This document shows, piece after piece, positions 38,849-51,719 of a stretch of 64,000 bases of DNA; position 1 is the stretch's first letter; the number at the start of each line of letters is the position of its first letter. The stretch comes from Epiperipatus broadwayi (taxonomy: Eukaryota > Animalia > Onychophora): positions 6,820,001 to 6,884,000 of the forward strand of contig JAQFVV010000005.1 of the NCBI GenBank assembly GCA_028023455.1. Direction: 5' to 3'. The notes under the pieces are model-generated. The model made no database searches. It had not been told where the DNA came from and worked only from the letters and a program-made list of their open reading frames with translations. A program made the position numbers and the translations under genes.

Positions 38849-39284
38849 GTATTCATTTATATTTAAAAATCTACAAAGCACATGTGCATTAGCTTTATGG
38901 CTGATTATTAATATTACAGTTTATAAACATAGCGCTATATAAAATAAATATTTTATTTATATATATTTAATTTCAAATAAGAATGACATATCGTAAATTC
39001 TAGAAAATTTCGCAAGCATTATTCATTCAAGCATAGTTAAAGTAATTTACATTAAAGTGATTGTTTAACATCTTCATTCCAAATGCTTAAGATTTTCCCA
39101 TGTATAAATGTTTGGGTCGAAAAGATAGATGGATTCATTCTATCTTTTCACAAAGACTTTATCTTATGTTTGAAAGTGAGAGTATTCATTTATAGTTAAA
39201 AATCTACAAAGTGCATTGCACTAGCTTTATGGCTGATTATTAATATTACAGTTTATAAACATAGCGCTATATAAAATAAATATT
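38849..39284. repeat. Local direct repeat of ~104 bp (38849-38952, 39182-39284)
   Basis: gtattcatttata.ttaaaaatctacaaag...tagctttatggctgattattaatattacagtttataaacatagcgctatataaaataaatatt occurs twice. Confidence 0.9.
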
Positions 39285-42200
39285 ACATTTGTATGTTTTA
39301 TTATGAAATAGCAACAAAAATTTTTAAGATTTTTTATTTTATATCTTTGAAAATTAGATATAAATTTTTCGACATTTTTTCTTTGCAAAAACTCCTGAAG
39401 TTGCTCACTGACAGTTAATATTTAAACTGCACACGATATTTAAAAACAATTTTTTTGAAAAACAGAATTTTTTAAATAATAAGAACCATTAGTTAAATAT
39501 ATATGTAAATAGTTTATACTCTCATATATAAATTTTTTAATTGAATTTTAAGAAGTAACTTTTGTGTGTGTGTGCTTTTTTTAGTTTGGCAATACTTCAT
39601 ATTATAAATTTCGATTCTAAAACACGTTGTATATCATTCTGATTGCTCCTATCACAAAAGCTGAAATACAAGTCTCTAGTATGACTCATTTAAGTTATTG
39701 TAGAAATTTGACAGATCACAAGTTAATAGTAGGTTATCTTTTTGTAACTGTCTATTCTTTGGAGTGATCATAGTTTTGTAGTTTTTTTTAATAGTTATGA
39801 ATTATATAATGTACTTTATGCAGAATAAATGTCTTGGTATATCAATAAATGACTTTCATTATGTGAAATTACTACAATCATTCACAACAATAACTGATGA
39901 TGCAAGATAACTATCAGTTTTTGGGAGGAAAAAATAATCAAATGCTAAAAATTCACTGAAGTATTTATATGATAATATTAAAATATTGCTCTTGTTAAAA
40001 AACTAATTGGAAAGAAAAAAGTTCCATTGAAGATAATTGATAAGTCAATTTCTTTTTTTTTTAAAAATATTTTTAAATTGAAAATTTTAATTAACAATAT
40101 GAATAAAATTTTTAAACTTTTGAATTATACATATAAGAATATTATTCCAAAACATTGAAAATATAATGTTTTGATAATCATTTTAGTTGATTGCACTGTC
40201 GTGAATAATAAGCTTTTGATAGTGAAGAAGTTCTGTGAGACTTTACAATTTGTAAATATAACTTAGTTAAATATATTTCATGTATTGAATGTTTTCATTT
40301 TCTACAATTATTTAACAGACAATCAGTCAGAATATCTGATTATAATTTTTTTTTTAAATTAATAATGATCTGAATTTTTTTCTACAAAATAATCATTATT
40401 TAATTAACATTTGAACATCGATATATACTGCTTTTAATCAATCTCTCTAAATCTGGCTAGAAATATAGATGTCAGATGTATGAATATAGATTTGTTGATG
40501 CATTCTGTTTATGTTTAATTCTCAATGTGGGATTTGGGTCTATTCCACCTTTTGTTCTACTTGCTCTTCTTCCTTCATTATTTTTTGTTTTATTGTTTTT
40601 AACCTTTTTTGTTCACTTTCTTTTTCTCCACTTGTTTCAACTCATCTATTATCCTTTGATTCATTGATTCCACTTGCATCTACACCCTTTCTATCCTTTC
40701 TGTAATTCTTTTTTGGATTATCTATCTTTTGTTTTAATTTATCTGGTTCATCATTAACTGTTTGATTCATTATTTTCACTTACTTCTGCTCACTTCCTAT
40801 TTTTTGATGCAACTGTTCTAAAAAATCTATTTTATGTTCTAGTTGTTCTTTTCCATTCTCTTTCATCTTTCACTATTTTTGCTTTAAGCTGTTTTTATTT
40901 ACTTTCTATCTTTTCCTCTATTCTCATATGATTTTTTTTACTTTTTTATGCTCCCATTATTTTAAATCATCTTCTATCTTTTGATTTGTTTTTGTGCATT
41001 TTTTATCTTTTGAATTATCTTTTCAAATGGTAAGTTCATTTGGCCCATTTCTATCTTTTAATCTAAATGTTTTTCCCTCTGAGTAATGTGCTTAACATCT
41101 CCATCATATGTAGTTTTGATGATGTTGCAACATTCTTTTTAGGAGTTTTTGCATATTCATCCTGTAATTGCTTTTTCTTGATTTGAAGATTTTTTTTGCT
41201 TTCCAATAGACCTGTGTTATCAAAATTTTTAACTGGATTGATCACTGATTCATTTGCAACTTTTAAAGTTCTTGTATGTTCTTTTCTGTCTCCATTCATT
41301 TGTCTTATTTTTCTTACTTTCTTATTATATAGGGGTAATCATTTCCATGCTATTTGTCCATTTCAGATAGTAAGGTATTTATTAGTGTGTAATTTTTTAG
41401 CAGATTTTTAAGCTTATTTTTGCCTCAATATTTTACTATGTAATGTTTAGCTAAATTGACTCCAGAACCACTTTATACTTAACATCAGGAAATTTCAGGA
41501 GTATGCCTTATTTCTATATTGACATAACTAAAAATATATATTTTTTAATATGCAAAGAAAAAGGTGACCAATACATAACCCATTAGCAGTAATACCAGGC
41601 TAAATCACATTTACCATATATTACTGATGAAATGGGCCATGCAATGATAGACAGACCAGACAATTTTTATATAAAAATAATTTAGACAACATTATTTAAA
41701 TAAATAATGGAAAAAATCATAATTTATTTACAAATATATAATAATATAATAGTCAGTACAATATATTATATTATTTTTCTTGAGCAAATTATACATTAAT
41801 TAACTATTATTTATCAATCAGGTACTCATTAAATTTACTATTATCTTAAATTATACTTTCTAATTTAAATAAAATTCATCATTACCTACAATTATAGCTT
41901 AATCTAATGTAATTTTAAGTTACCAGCAATGATTTCTACAAGTCGCCTCTAGATTATCATTTACTTTGTTTCATGAATATATACATAGAAAGATTTATAA
42001 TAACAATTACTTTCTCTAAAATGTCGAAGACTTATTTTGATTAATTTTAAAATGTCATCTTTATAATCACAGTTTAGCCTATAAAATATAATTTTGTGAT
42101 TGAATACGCTTTGCCATTAAATAAATCTTTAGGCCTTTAATGGGTTGTGGATATAATTCTTGGTGTTGTTGACTACATAAATATAACTCATTTATTCAAT

Positions 42201-42474
42201 TCTCTTTAGCTTCATAGCTGACACATACAATGGACCATGAATTGCACTACTTTGTTCCAAGACCTTCTTGCTTTCAAAAGAAATAGCATATGATAGCTAA
42301 CCTTTTAATGATAAGTATTGATTAGAATAGAATACTGATGGTTTATTAAAATGCAAATGTATAGTATTTTTCAATCCACAGATGTGTACATAGCAGACAT
42401 TTTTGTAATATATAAATCAAAATTATAGTATAAACAAAATTTTAAAAAAACATATTGTACTGCTATAGATGATA

Positions 42475-43150
42475 TGGGATAATTATGGTGAGATGGAAAA
42501 CATTCCCAAATAATGAACATGAGCATAATATCAGCACTGAAATAATGATATAAGTAGTTATTCTAATAATACATATAGGCTATAAATTAATACTAATATC
42601 ACCAGCAATTATATATAACAACTCATCAACATTAATCATGATCAATCAAATCCACAATCAGCAATCGACAGTCAATTCTAACTAGATTTAAAAAGGTCTA
42701 TTATAAAACAGGCTACTTATCTATGTACTACTAAACTTGGCAGAATATGACAATTATTCGAATGCATATATAGGTGCTAAAATATCCATCGAAAAATATA
42801 AAAAATGTTGGTACACTGATACATGCTGATAATCATTAATGGTCTAGCTATATAATACTGTGAATGTATTGGCCAATTATAAACGTAATTTCTAATAAAA
42901 AATAAAATGTAGTGAAGGGATCTTTAAAGGTGATACCAATACACCATTCAAAGTTATCTGAATGTCCAAACAAACTCCTATATCCATATAATTAATTGTT
43001 ATGCTCTAGAGTTAGCTCAAGACCACAAGAGTAGGAACTGCAACTGAACAAGAGATAAGTAAATGAAACAGCTTACTCTATTTTAAATTATTTATAGCCT
43101 TCCTCTACTATAATTAAATAGCTTTACTGGATTAATTTAAAAATCTCTAA
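42475..43150. repeat. Diverged dispersed repeat, copy 2 (partner ~20360-21010)
   Basis: Shares the blocks listed for copy 1. Confidence 0.6.
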
Positions 43151-46100
43151 AACTACTAAGCTGTAGTGAAATCTAATCACATGCTGTCAAATCATGTAAC
43201 ATATCTGAAGGCATTAACACAAATATATTTTAAACAGTTATTTAAAAAACTAACTGATTAGTGAAAAAAAATAATTTAAAAAAATGAAGTGATAATATGA
43301 TAATTCAAATTTATACATTTTATCAAAAATATAATTCCATAAAAATATTAACCAATTCATTTTTATTCATTTAATTAATTAGCTTTTAATTTATTATTTC
43401 CTTTTAAATAAAAGTTTGAAAACAACTTTATCAAATGAGAGATAAATTTTAATTAACTAAAAAAAAACAACCTTTTATTAAATTTTGGAAGGAAAATTAA
43501 ATGAATAAAAAAAAAAACATGTCTCCAAAGAAAATGTTAAATTTAATAAAAATCTAAAAACCATTTTTATAATTTTGACGGGAAAAATTGCATTTAAAAA
43601 AATGTTTCAGTTGAAAAACGTACTAATAAAATTATTAATTAATTGCTACTGAATTTAAAAACTATTTAAATATAATGTGGGCATTAAAGAAAATACCTTT
43701 AACCATGGTTTCGTTTTCAGTCCTTTGACACTTTTCCATGAGGAGTTTCTTGAAGGCTTTTCAATTCTAGGTTAATGTGCGCAGTTAATTTTCTTCATTT
43801 TTTTGCAGTAGAATATTTTCAGGTTTCACAGGCTTCCAGGACTTCTATCCATGTAAAGATAGAAACACTCATGCTCTTGAGTAGAGACAAGATTTGAGGT
43901 AGATTACTTCAGGGTATTTTCTCTTTCACATTTTCCCCAGTGAAACAGCTTAATGAGAGTAGATTGTCCTTAGCTTCTAGCTAAAGTTTAGCACATGTTC
44001 TTTAAATTTATTTTAGAAAATATTTTTCTAAACTAGTATGCTATGTAAGTGTATTTCCAAGAGCAATTCCCTTTATCCTATTCTAGAACCAATTTATATA
44101 ATCTTGACAACCCCAGCAGTTTTGTCTTCATTAATAATTAACAAAATTGAACAGAATTTAATGCATTTAAACTTTCTTTTTTATGCATTCAGGCACATAA
44201 CAGAATTATAAAAAAAAATGTTTAAACCCAAGCCAATTCACTTTGTTGTTTGTTTAGATATCTTTCTACTAATATTTTCAGCAATTAGGTGTAGCATATG
44301 CTATTTGTATTTTATTGTATATCATGGGTATTGTCTTAATGGTCAGAACTTTTTTAATCATACATATTTCAAAAATTTAATTAATAACCATGGAATGATT
44401 ACTTTGTAAAGATAATAGTTGTTTTTCTTTTTCATGCTAATTTGATCATTAATTGTTTTAATTTTTTTCTGAATTCTCAAACTTTAATTTGAAATTGAGA
44501 CTATGAGGAGGGGATGTTTGGCAACTCGTATATAATAGGTATTATAAATATGTTGCACAATAACTTATGGTATTTAATATTACCTTTTAAAATGCATTGC
44601 TGATATAGTTAAAAGAAGAAGAAGCATGGTATATAATTTTATAAATGGATATTTCTTACAATACTAAAGACAAAATTTTATTTTAAAATTAATAAACTTT
44701 TTTCTCTCTTTAATTTTAATTGCTATTTTAATAAGAGGAGGATATTTGTTTTTAATTAAAATCATTTACATTGAATCTTAATTCTTATTCATGTAGCTAA
44801 TTAAATATGTGCTTAAATCCTTTTATCAATATATTAATGGTGAGTAATGTACTAATCAATAATAATGAAAGTCATTTTATAACAACAGTCCATATGACTG
44901 GTCATGAACTAACAATGGACAACACATATTACTAGAATTGTTTTTGCTATTAGCCTTTATTTAGTAGAGAACATGCTTTGGCACTAGCTAATACTTTAAG
45001 GTTCACTTTCGCATTGACATTTGGATTCTATTAATTATAGACCATTGCATGCATGATTTAGAAAGAGAATGATGTAAAATAAAATCCTGTTATGACATGT
45101 GGATTAAATAAAAGCTAGAGAAGTCGGTGTGGTTTTGATAGTAAAAAATGTAATTTTAATATAAATAATTAAATATAGTTTATTTTTGAATTTTGTGAAT
45201 GTAAAAAATAAATTGTTTTTTTTTTTTTTTTTGATTTATCTTTGAAACTTTATCATAAATTTTTAGAATTTCTATCTTTGCTAAGTATAATTTAATACAT
45301 TAGCAATTTGAATGCAAATTTTTTAAAAATATATTTTCAAAATAATAGCGATTAAATTTTATATAAATACTTTATATTTTTAGCAATGTTTTATATATTC
45401 ATTTTTTTTTTTTTAGGTTGGCCATAATTCACATAAAAAAATGGTAGTTCTAAAACATCAAAGAATTTCTCTATGAACATAGATATTTTAATAACAGAAG
45501 CTGTAAAACAAATAAGGAATGTTGGATAAACCTTCAGTGACATATCTTAGTTTATTGTTAAAGGTGTGACAAAATATGGTTAATTGCTAATGATTTTAAG
45601 GGCCTCCTATATATATACAGTATTATTATGATCATTTTGAGGAATAAAAAACAGGAAGTAATAATTGATATATGAATTGTACTTTTAAGAAATAATTTAA
45701 TGAATTCAAAATTTTAAATGTTTTGAAATATAGAGAAGATAAGAAATGTTATTTCAAAATATTGGAAGTATAATGTCTTAAAAGTCATTTGAATTGAGGC
45801 TGTCCAGTTTGTATAAATAATGGAGTTAAAATTTCTGAACTATTATGCATATTTTCAGTTACTAAGGTTGTTGAGAGATCATTTATAAGAAACACTTGAT
45901 TTTAAGGAATATTGTTTTGCCAAAATTATTTTCATGAAAACTTTTTTTTAATTTTTTGTATTGAATTTAATAATATTAATACTAAATTAACTTATTTAAA
46001 TAAAAGACTTCATTAAAACATTCATTAAAAAAAAAAAAAGCCTTAACATTTTGTAATTTAATGAAAAACAAACTTGAATATTAAAATATTTATAACAATT

Positions 46101-46415
46101 TCATAAATAATAATAATTGAAAGTAATTATTTTAAAATATAACAATTATTGTGTTTGATGTGAATTCCATTCAAAATGTCTCTGACAAACTGGAAAAAGT
46201 TTAAATTAGATAAAAAAGTGTCAGTGCTATATTTGTGAATGAAAATTACTACACAAAATAATTGCATTAAGTATTTTAAAATGAATAAAAGAATATATAT
46301 ATAGAAGAAAAATTAATTGATGACACATGATTTCAATTTAAATTCTGTAAAATCATATAGTATTAAAATCTGACCATTACAGCATTTACCATTATAACTT
46401 TAGTGTCAAATGTAA

Positions 46416-48137
46416 TTGCAAAATACAAAAAAAAGCTCACAGGAGTATAAATTTTTCATTTCAGTAAATGATTGCAGAATTCAGAAAAATAACTTAAAAA
46501 TAGATGAAAGAACACATACAAAGAGAAAACTTTTCCGGTGCAATATGTACGACTATAGAAATATTGAAGAAATTTTTTTAAAAAAACATGAAAGGGTATA
46601 TATAGGAGAAAGTTGTTCTTTCCACTACCCCTTTTATGATTATCAAGCTACAAGGAAAACAAGTTTTAAGACAGCTGAAAGAACACCTACAGGAGAGAAG
46701 CCATTTAATTGTAATCTTTGTGAGTACAAAACTACATTTAAAACTAATTTTAAAAGGCATCAGCAAACACATACAGGAGAAAAACCTTTCCAATGCAAGT
46801 TTTGTGTTTACAAAGCTATTCAGAAAACTAGTTTAAAGATACATGAAAGAATACATACAGGAGAAAAACCGTTTCATTGTAATTTTTGTGACTATAAAAC
46901 TGCATTTAAAACTAGTTTTAAAAGGCATCAGCAAACACATACAGGAGAGAAAGCATTTCAATGTATTTTGTGTGATTTCAAGGCTAATGGAAAAAGACAA
47001 TTAAAAATTCATGAATATTCTCACAAACCTGAAAAACCATTTTATTGTAATTTTTGTGATTATCAAACTTCAGCTAAAAGTAGTTTTCAAAGACATCATC
47101 AGACACATACAGGAGAAAAACCTTTCCATTGCAATTTTTGCGATTACAAAGCTACTCAGAAAATTAGTGTACAGTTACATGAAAGGACACATACTGGAGA
47201 AAAACCATTTCAATGTAGCTTCTGTGACTATACTGCCACTAAAAAAATAAATTTAAAAATTCACGAATATTCTCACACAGGCGAAAAACCATTTCACTGT
47301 AGTTTTTGTGATTACAAAACTCCTAGAAAATCAAGTTTAGTGTTACATGAAAGAACACATACAGGAGATAAACCATTTCACTGTACCTTATGCCATTTCA
47401 AAGCCAATGGAAAAAGACAGTTAAAAATTCATGAATATTCCCACAAAGCTGAAAAACCATTTCACTGTAATTTTTGTAATTACCAAACAGCAGTGAAAAG
47501 TAGTTTCCAACGGCATGAAAGAATACACACAGGAGAAAAACCTTTCCAATGCAGTCTTTGTGATTACAAAACTGCTGAGAAAACACGTTTAAAAATTCAT
47601 GAAAGAAGACATACAGGAGAAAAACCATTTTACTGTAGCCTGTGTGATTACAAGGCTATTGAAAAAAAACAATTAAAACTTCATGAATATGTTCACACAG
47701 GTATAAGACCATTTCACTGTAATTTTTGTGAATACAAAACTGCTGTGAAAACAAGCTTAAAAATACATTTAAGAACACATATAGGAGAAAAGTTATTCCA
47801 ATGTACCTTGTGTGATTACAAAACTTCGTACAAAAGTGTTTTAAAAAAGCATCAAAAAACCCATACTGGAGAAACTCCTTACCAATACAGTTTAAATGAT
47901 TGTAAAGTTGTTTCTCAGAGTAGTTTGATAAAACTTAAAAAATATATTGATATGAATTATTCTTCTTCTCTAAACTTCCAAAAATTGAAATGTGCACCAA
48001 AAGATAGTCCAAATAATGAAATGTTTAAGTGTCATTTGTGTGATTACAAAGATACTGTAAACACTGTTACGAGAATTCATGAAGCTAGTCATTTCACTAA
48101 TTATGACACTCTCGAGTTCTTTATACAATTGCTGTGA
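46416..48137 (+). CDS. C2H2 zinc-finger protein (14 tandem fingers plus 1 distal; degenerate N-terminal fingers); true start uncertain
   Basis: Uninterrupted 573-codon frame with CxxC-x12-HxxxH repeats and TGEKPF linkers (array 46710-47864). The ORF track starts at a TTG, so an upstream exon or a later ATG is likely. Confidence 0.9.
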   Translation: MQNTKKSSQEYKFFISVNDCRIQKNNLKIDERTHTKRKLFRCNMYDYRNIEEIFLKKHERVYIGESCSFHYPFYDYQATRKTSFKTAERTPTGEKPFNCNLCEYKTTFKTNFKRHQQTHTGEKPFQCKFCVYKAIQKTSLKIHERIHTGEKPFHCNFCDYKTAFKTSFKRHQQTHTGEKAFQCILCDFKANGKRQLKIHEYSHKPEKPFYCNFCDYQTSAKSSFQRHHQTHTGEKPFHCNFCDYKATQKISVQLHERTHTGEKPFQCSFCDYTATKKINLKIHEYSHTGEKPFHCSFCDYKTPRKSSLVLHERTHTGDKPFHCTLCHFKANGKRQLKIHEYSHKAEKPFHCNFCNYQTAVKSSFQRHERIHTGEKPFQCSLCDYKTAEKTRLKIHERRHTGEKPFYCSLCDYKAIEKKQLKLHEYVHTGIRPFHCNFCEYKTAVKTSLKIHLRTHIGEKLFQCTLCDYKTSYKSVLKKHQKTHTGETPYQYSLNDCKVVSQSSLIKLKKYIDMNYSSSLNFQKLKCAPKDSPNNEMFKCHLCDYKDTVNTVTRIHEASHFTNYDTLEFFIQLL

Positions 48138-48611
48138 CACTTAATTTTGATTATCTGGTGATGTTGGTAAATTTTTCAGAATTAAAAAGAATACAAACAT
48201 ACTTTTTATACCAAAAAGAAAAAATAATTAATTAAAATTTCAGCTGCCTGCTCCAATTTGCAATATGATAAACAATTTTTAACATACTGTATGCAAGCAA
48301 ATAATTATTTAAGATTACTATTTTGCAGATCTGTAAGATTTTGAAAATCAGCTTATAATAAATTATTTAGTATGAGTAATAGATACTATTGTTTTCCAAT
48401 ACAGTTTTAATCAAGAATTGGTTTTTAATCTCTAGATTCATCTACTATAAGTCTGAATAATCATTGGATATCAGAGGGCAGGGTATTATAAGTTCCAGAT
48501 CGCCAGACTAATTTCAGCCATTTGTGTTCAATGCTAATTTGTCCATGTAGCAGTTTTCTGTTTTTATTTATTGAGGTACAAACTGCTCGATTTCTATGAA
48601 GATTTTTAATA

Positions 48612-48772
48612 GAACAGGCAAAACTTACTATACGTATTGCCACTCACTGCAAGCTAGAGTAATCAATGTATGCCAGAAGGCTTGTGCATAAAATCCCCAA
48701 TCTCGTGCCAACTCATCCAATATTTCCAGACTAGTTTCTGGCTTGTGGCCTTCATGTGATGTTTATTGGCTT
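48612..48772 (-). mobile_element. Hammerhead-ribozyme short retroelement, locus 5 (ribozyme truncated inside CUGAUGA; short inverted tail at right end)
   Basis: 13-bp TSD aagatttttaata (48599-48611, 48773-48785); strand switch at tcat (48752-48755) into catgtgatgtttattggctt. Confidence 0.85.
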
Positions 48773-48971
48773 AAGATTTTTAATAACTAAATCTCATTTA
48801 TGTTGTATAAGCTGTAAGAAATCAGCTCTTTTTAACACAGAATTGTCTAGGATCTGTTTTAATTTAATTATTTGATTGTGAAAACTTTATTGTAGAAGAT
48901 TGCAAGTGTTAATTGTTTTATTTGAAAATGATTAATGAAATTCAACATTACAAAATCACTAGATTCTTTCT

Positions 48972-49125
48972 GCAATAAACATCACATGATCACCATTTCT
49001 TATGCTTGCTTATAACTTATTAAAACAGACAAAATTCTCTATACGTATTACCACTCAGTGCAAGCCAGAGTAATCAATGGATGCCAGAAGGCTTGTGCAT
49101 AAAATCCCCATCCAGTTCCTATTCA
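48972..49125 (-). mobile_element. Same retroelement family, locus 6 (tail plus 3' part only, no ribozyme core)
   Basis: taaacatcacatgatcaccatttcttatgcttgcttataac..taaaacag...aaaatccccatc; candidate TSD ctttct(g/c)caa at 48966-48975 / 49126-49135. Confidence 0.8.
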
Positions 49126-50298
49126 CTTTCTCCAAGTTACAAGTATTTTTAAGAAAAGCAGTTCTTTTTTCTCTAATTGAGCTCAATTTTGCTTCAATCA
49201 ATGTACTTGTAGGAATTTAAAACCTGAAGGTAACACAGTTATATATCTGGCAGCCATCTTTAAGTTTTTCTATTAAACTTAATATTTTGAACTTAAGACA
49301 GTTTGCTTGAATGTCTATAAACTGGTCTGGAAATGGATATTAAATTGCACTATTATCAAATAAACAATTCCTCAAGATGGTGATAGATTGAAGGAAAAGG
49401 TACTGCTCTTATTTTCAATACACAATCATTGCTTAATAAGTTCAAATATAGTAATGTATATAACTTCTACATACGCATTGAAATATAATTTATAAAAGAA
49501 TCGACTTGAGTTTCTATTTGACTGCAATATATTTCTGTTTTTAATGATTATATAATGTAACTTAATAATGATTGTATAGTTCACCTATTATTTTTTCAAT
49601 AAAAAAAAAAAACTTTTTTATATATATATGAGTTTTCAATTTTAGTAATGATAACAAGCAATAATAATATAGGAGTTATATAGAGGTATATCAATTGCAG
49701 TGTAATCATTATCGACTGAACATATAAAGACAAGAAAAACAAATATCACCTGAATTTTCAGAAACTGTATAGATCAATATATTATAGAAACTTTAAATGT
49801 TTTATAGGAATCATCTTTTTAATTTTACTTATTCTATGGTGTCTTTTTCATACGATATTCTCGAATAATCCTAATTAAAAATGAATTTAAAATTACAAGA
49901 TATTTCATAGTCAAATAAAATTGCAGCAGCATTAGTCTAATTTTTTTTTTTTTTTTAAGTGTCATAGCTTTTGTTGTCTTTTTAAAATGATTATACATAT
50001 AGACTAATTTAATCTTTTTTCTAAAGTACATCTTGATTCACCAGTCTATGACATTTTGCATTCTCCACATATCATTTGATAAATAATATTGCTTTTTTGT
50101 TTTTAGGAATAGGATTTTTAGAATTAATAATTAATTCTTTTACCTTTGAAGGACCATAGAATGGAATATTGTATTTTTCATTAAATATTTTTTAATAAAT
50201 ATAAATTAAATATAACTTAAAAAGGCATCGATATCCATATTACTATTTAGATTTATACATTGTACAGGCTTAAACCTGCATTTATATATGCAATATTT

Positions 50299-50511
50299 GT
50301 GGGGTTCGAACTCAGACTTTCACATGACCCACCACTCTCAGTGCCATCTCATAATGCTGACTCACCTGATCACACACGTTTGCTGGTTTAGCATGAAATA
50401 CGTATATTGGTGATTATTTATCTTTTCAACATGTGTGTGATCAGGTGGGTCAGCAATATGAGATGGCACTGAGAGTGGTGGGTCATGCGAAAGTCTGAGT
50501 TCGAACCCCAC
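50299..50511. mobile_element. Fold-back MITE with ~80-bp inverted arms containing a GTTCGAA (tRNA T-loop/B-box-like) motif
   Basis: gtggggttcgaactcagacttt...gatcacacac is the reverse complement of gtgtgtgatc...aaagtctgagttcgaaccccac; atattt flanks both sides (50293-50298, 50512-50517). Confidence 0.85.
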
Positions 50512-51719
50512 ATATTTAGATTTATGTAATTATTATAAGACGTATTATTCAACTTTTTTTGACATGTGGACAATTTATTTTTAAGGTATCCTACATGCAT
50601 ATTATTTTGGGAAAAAACAGTTCAATATTTAGCATTTAGTCAATTTTATAATTATATAACTTTTCATTACAATGTAAAAAAATTTTATAAGTAGCCATGT
50701 CACGTATTATTAATACACTAAGTTGTCAAAAGTAAGATTTATATAATTCTGTTGTTTTTTATTTGATAGACAATTTAAATTATTTAAATAGTTTAATTTG
50801 CATAAAAGAACTTCAATAATATATTCAGGAGCACAAACAAAAATGTCATTTATATATTTAGCATATACAGTGAAGCCATAAAATAGGCTGTTTCCAAGTA
50901 TTGTACTTCATTTAGACACTATTCAATATAAAATTTAAACAAATTAAAATTCACAAATTTAATTCATTTTTACGAAACTCGAGTAGCCATCTTCCATTTC
51001 TGAGTGCCATATGTGATCATATTTCTAAAAAAGCATAAAATTTGTAAACAAATTTTTAATTACTCTGACCATTTTTCCATCTCAGATTGCTGTAAATAAT
51101 TATGTTCATTGATAAAATTTATTTGTTTGTGTTGAAAGCACATACATTTTATTTTGTCTTTATTATCTTTTTCGAATTTGATGTGCAATATTTCAGGTAA
51201 TAAAAATTTTCTAACTATTGCTAAAAGTTTTACAACCATTTAGAATATACTTAAAGTTAATACTGACTTAAAAACATCAAAACAATTTGAGAGATCATAA
51301 ATGCTTTATAATGACACTAATCTATTAAATTTTTAAAAGAGAAAAAGTAATTGAAAAAAAAAAAAAAGAATATCCAGTCTGTATTTAAATGTGATGAAAG
51401 TCAGACATTTTGCTATTTATTTTATTTAAAAAATAAAAATACATTATAATAAGTTTTTTTCTTATTTTTATTTTTCTGTGAATGAAAAATATGTATAAAT
51501 GTATCCTGTCAATTTATTTTTCATGTTGAAATGTACTGTATACTTGCAATTCAATAGCAATACATATTCTATTCTAATCAAAATTTATCATTAAAATATT
51601 ATGCACCATGTGAGTGAGGGGGGCTTCGAACAAAATATAATATAAATTGCAACTCCACTGTCTTTTCAACATTATTAAAATTGTCATTATTTAAAATACT
51701 TGATTCATAATTAAATTTG

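Noticed and set aside
40460-41420. Lys/Glu-rich minus-strand stretch (similar character at 11400-12400)
   Set aside because: Low-complexity coiled-coil-like remnants with many stops and no diagnostic motif; cannot be assigned.
46710-47864. 84-bp periodic repeats resembling a repeat-spacer array
   Set aside because: This is the 28-codon zinc-finger period in an open frame, not CRISPR.
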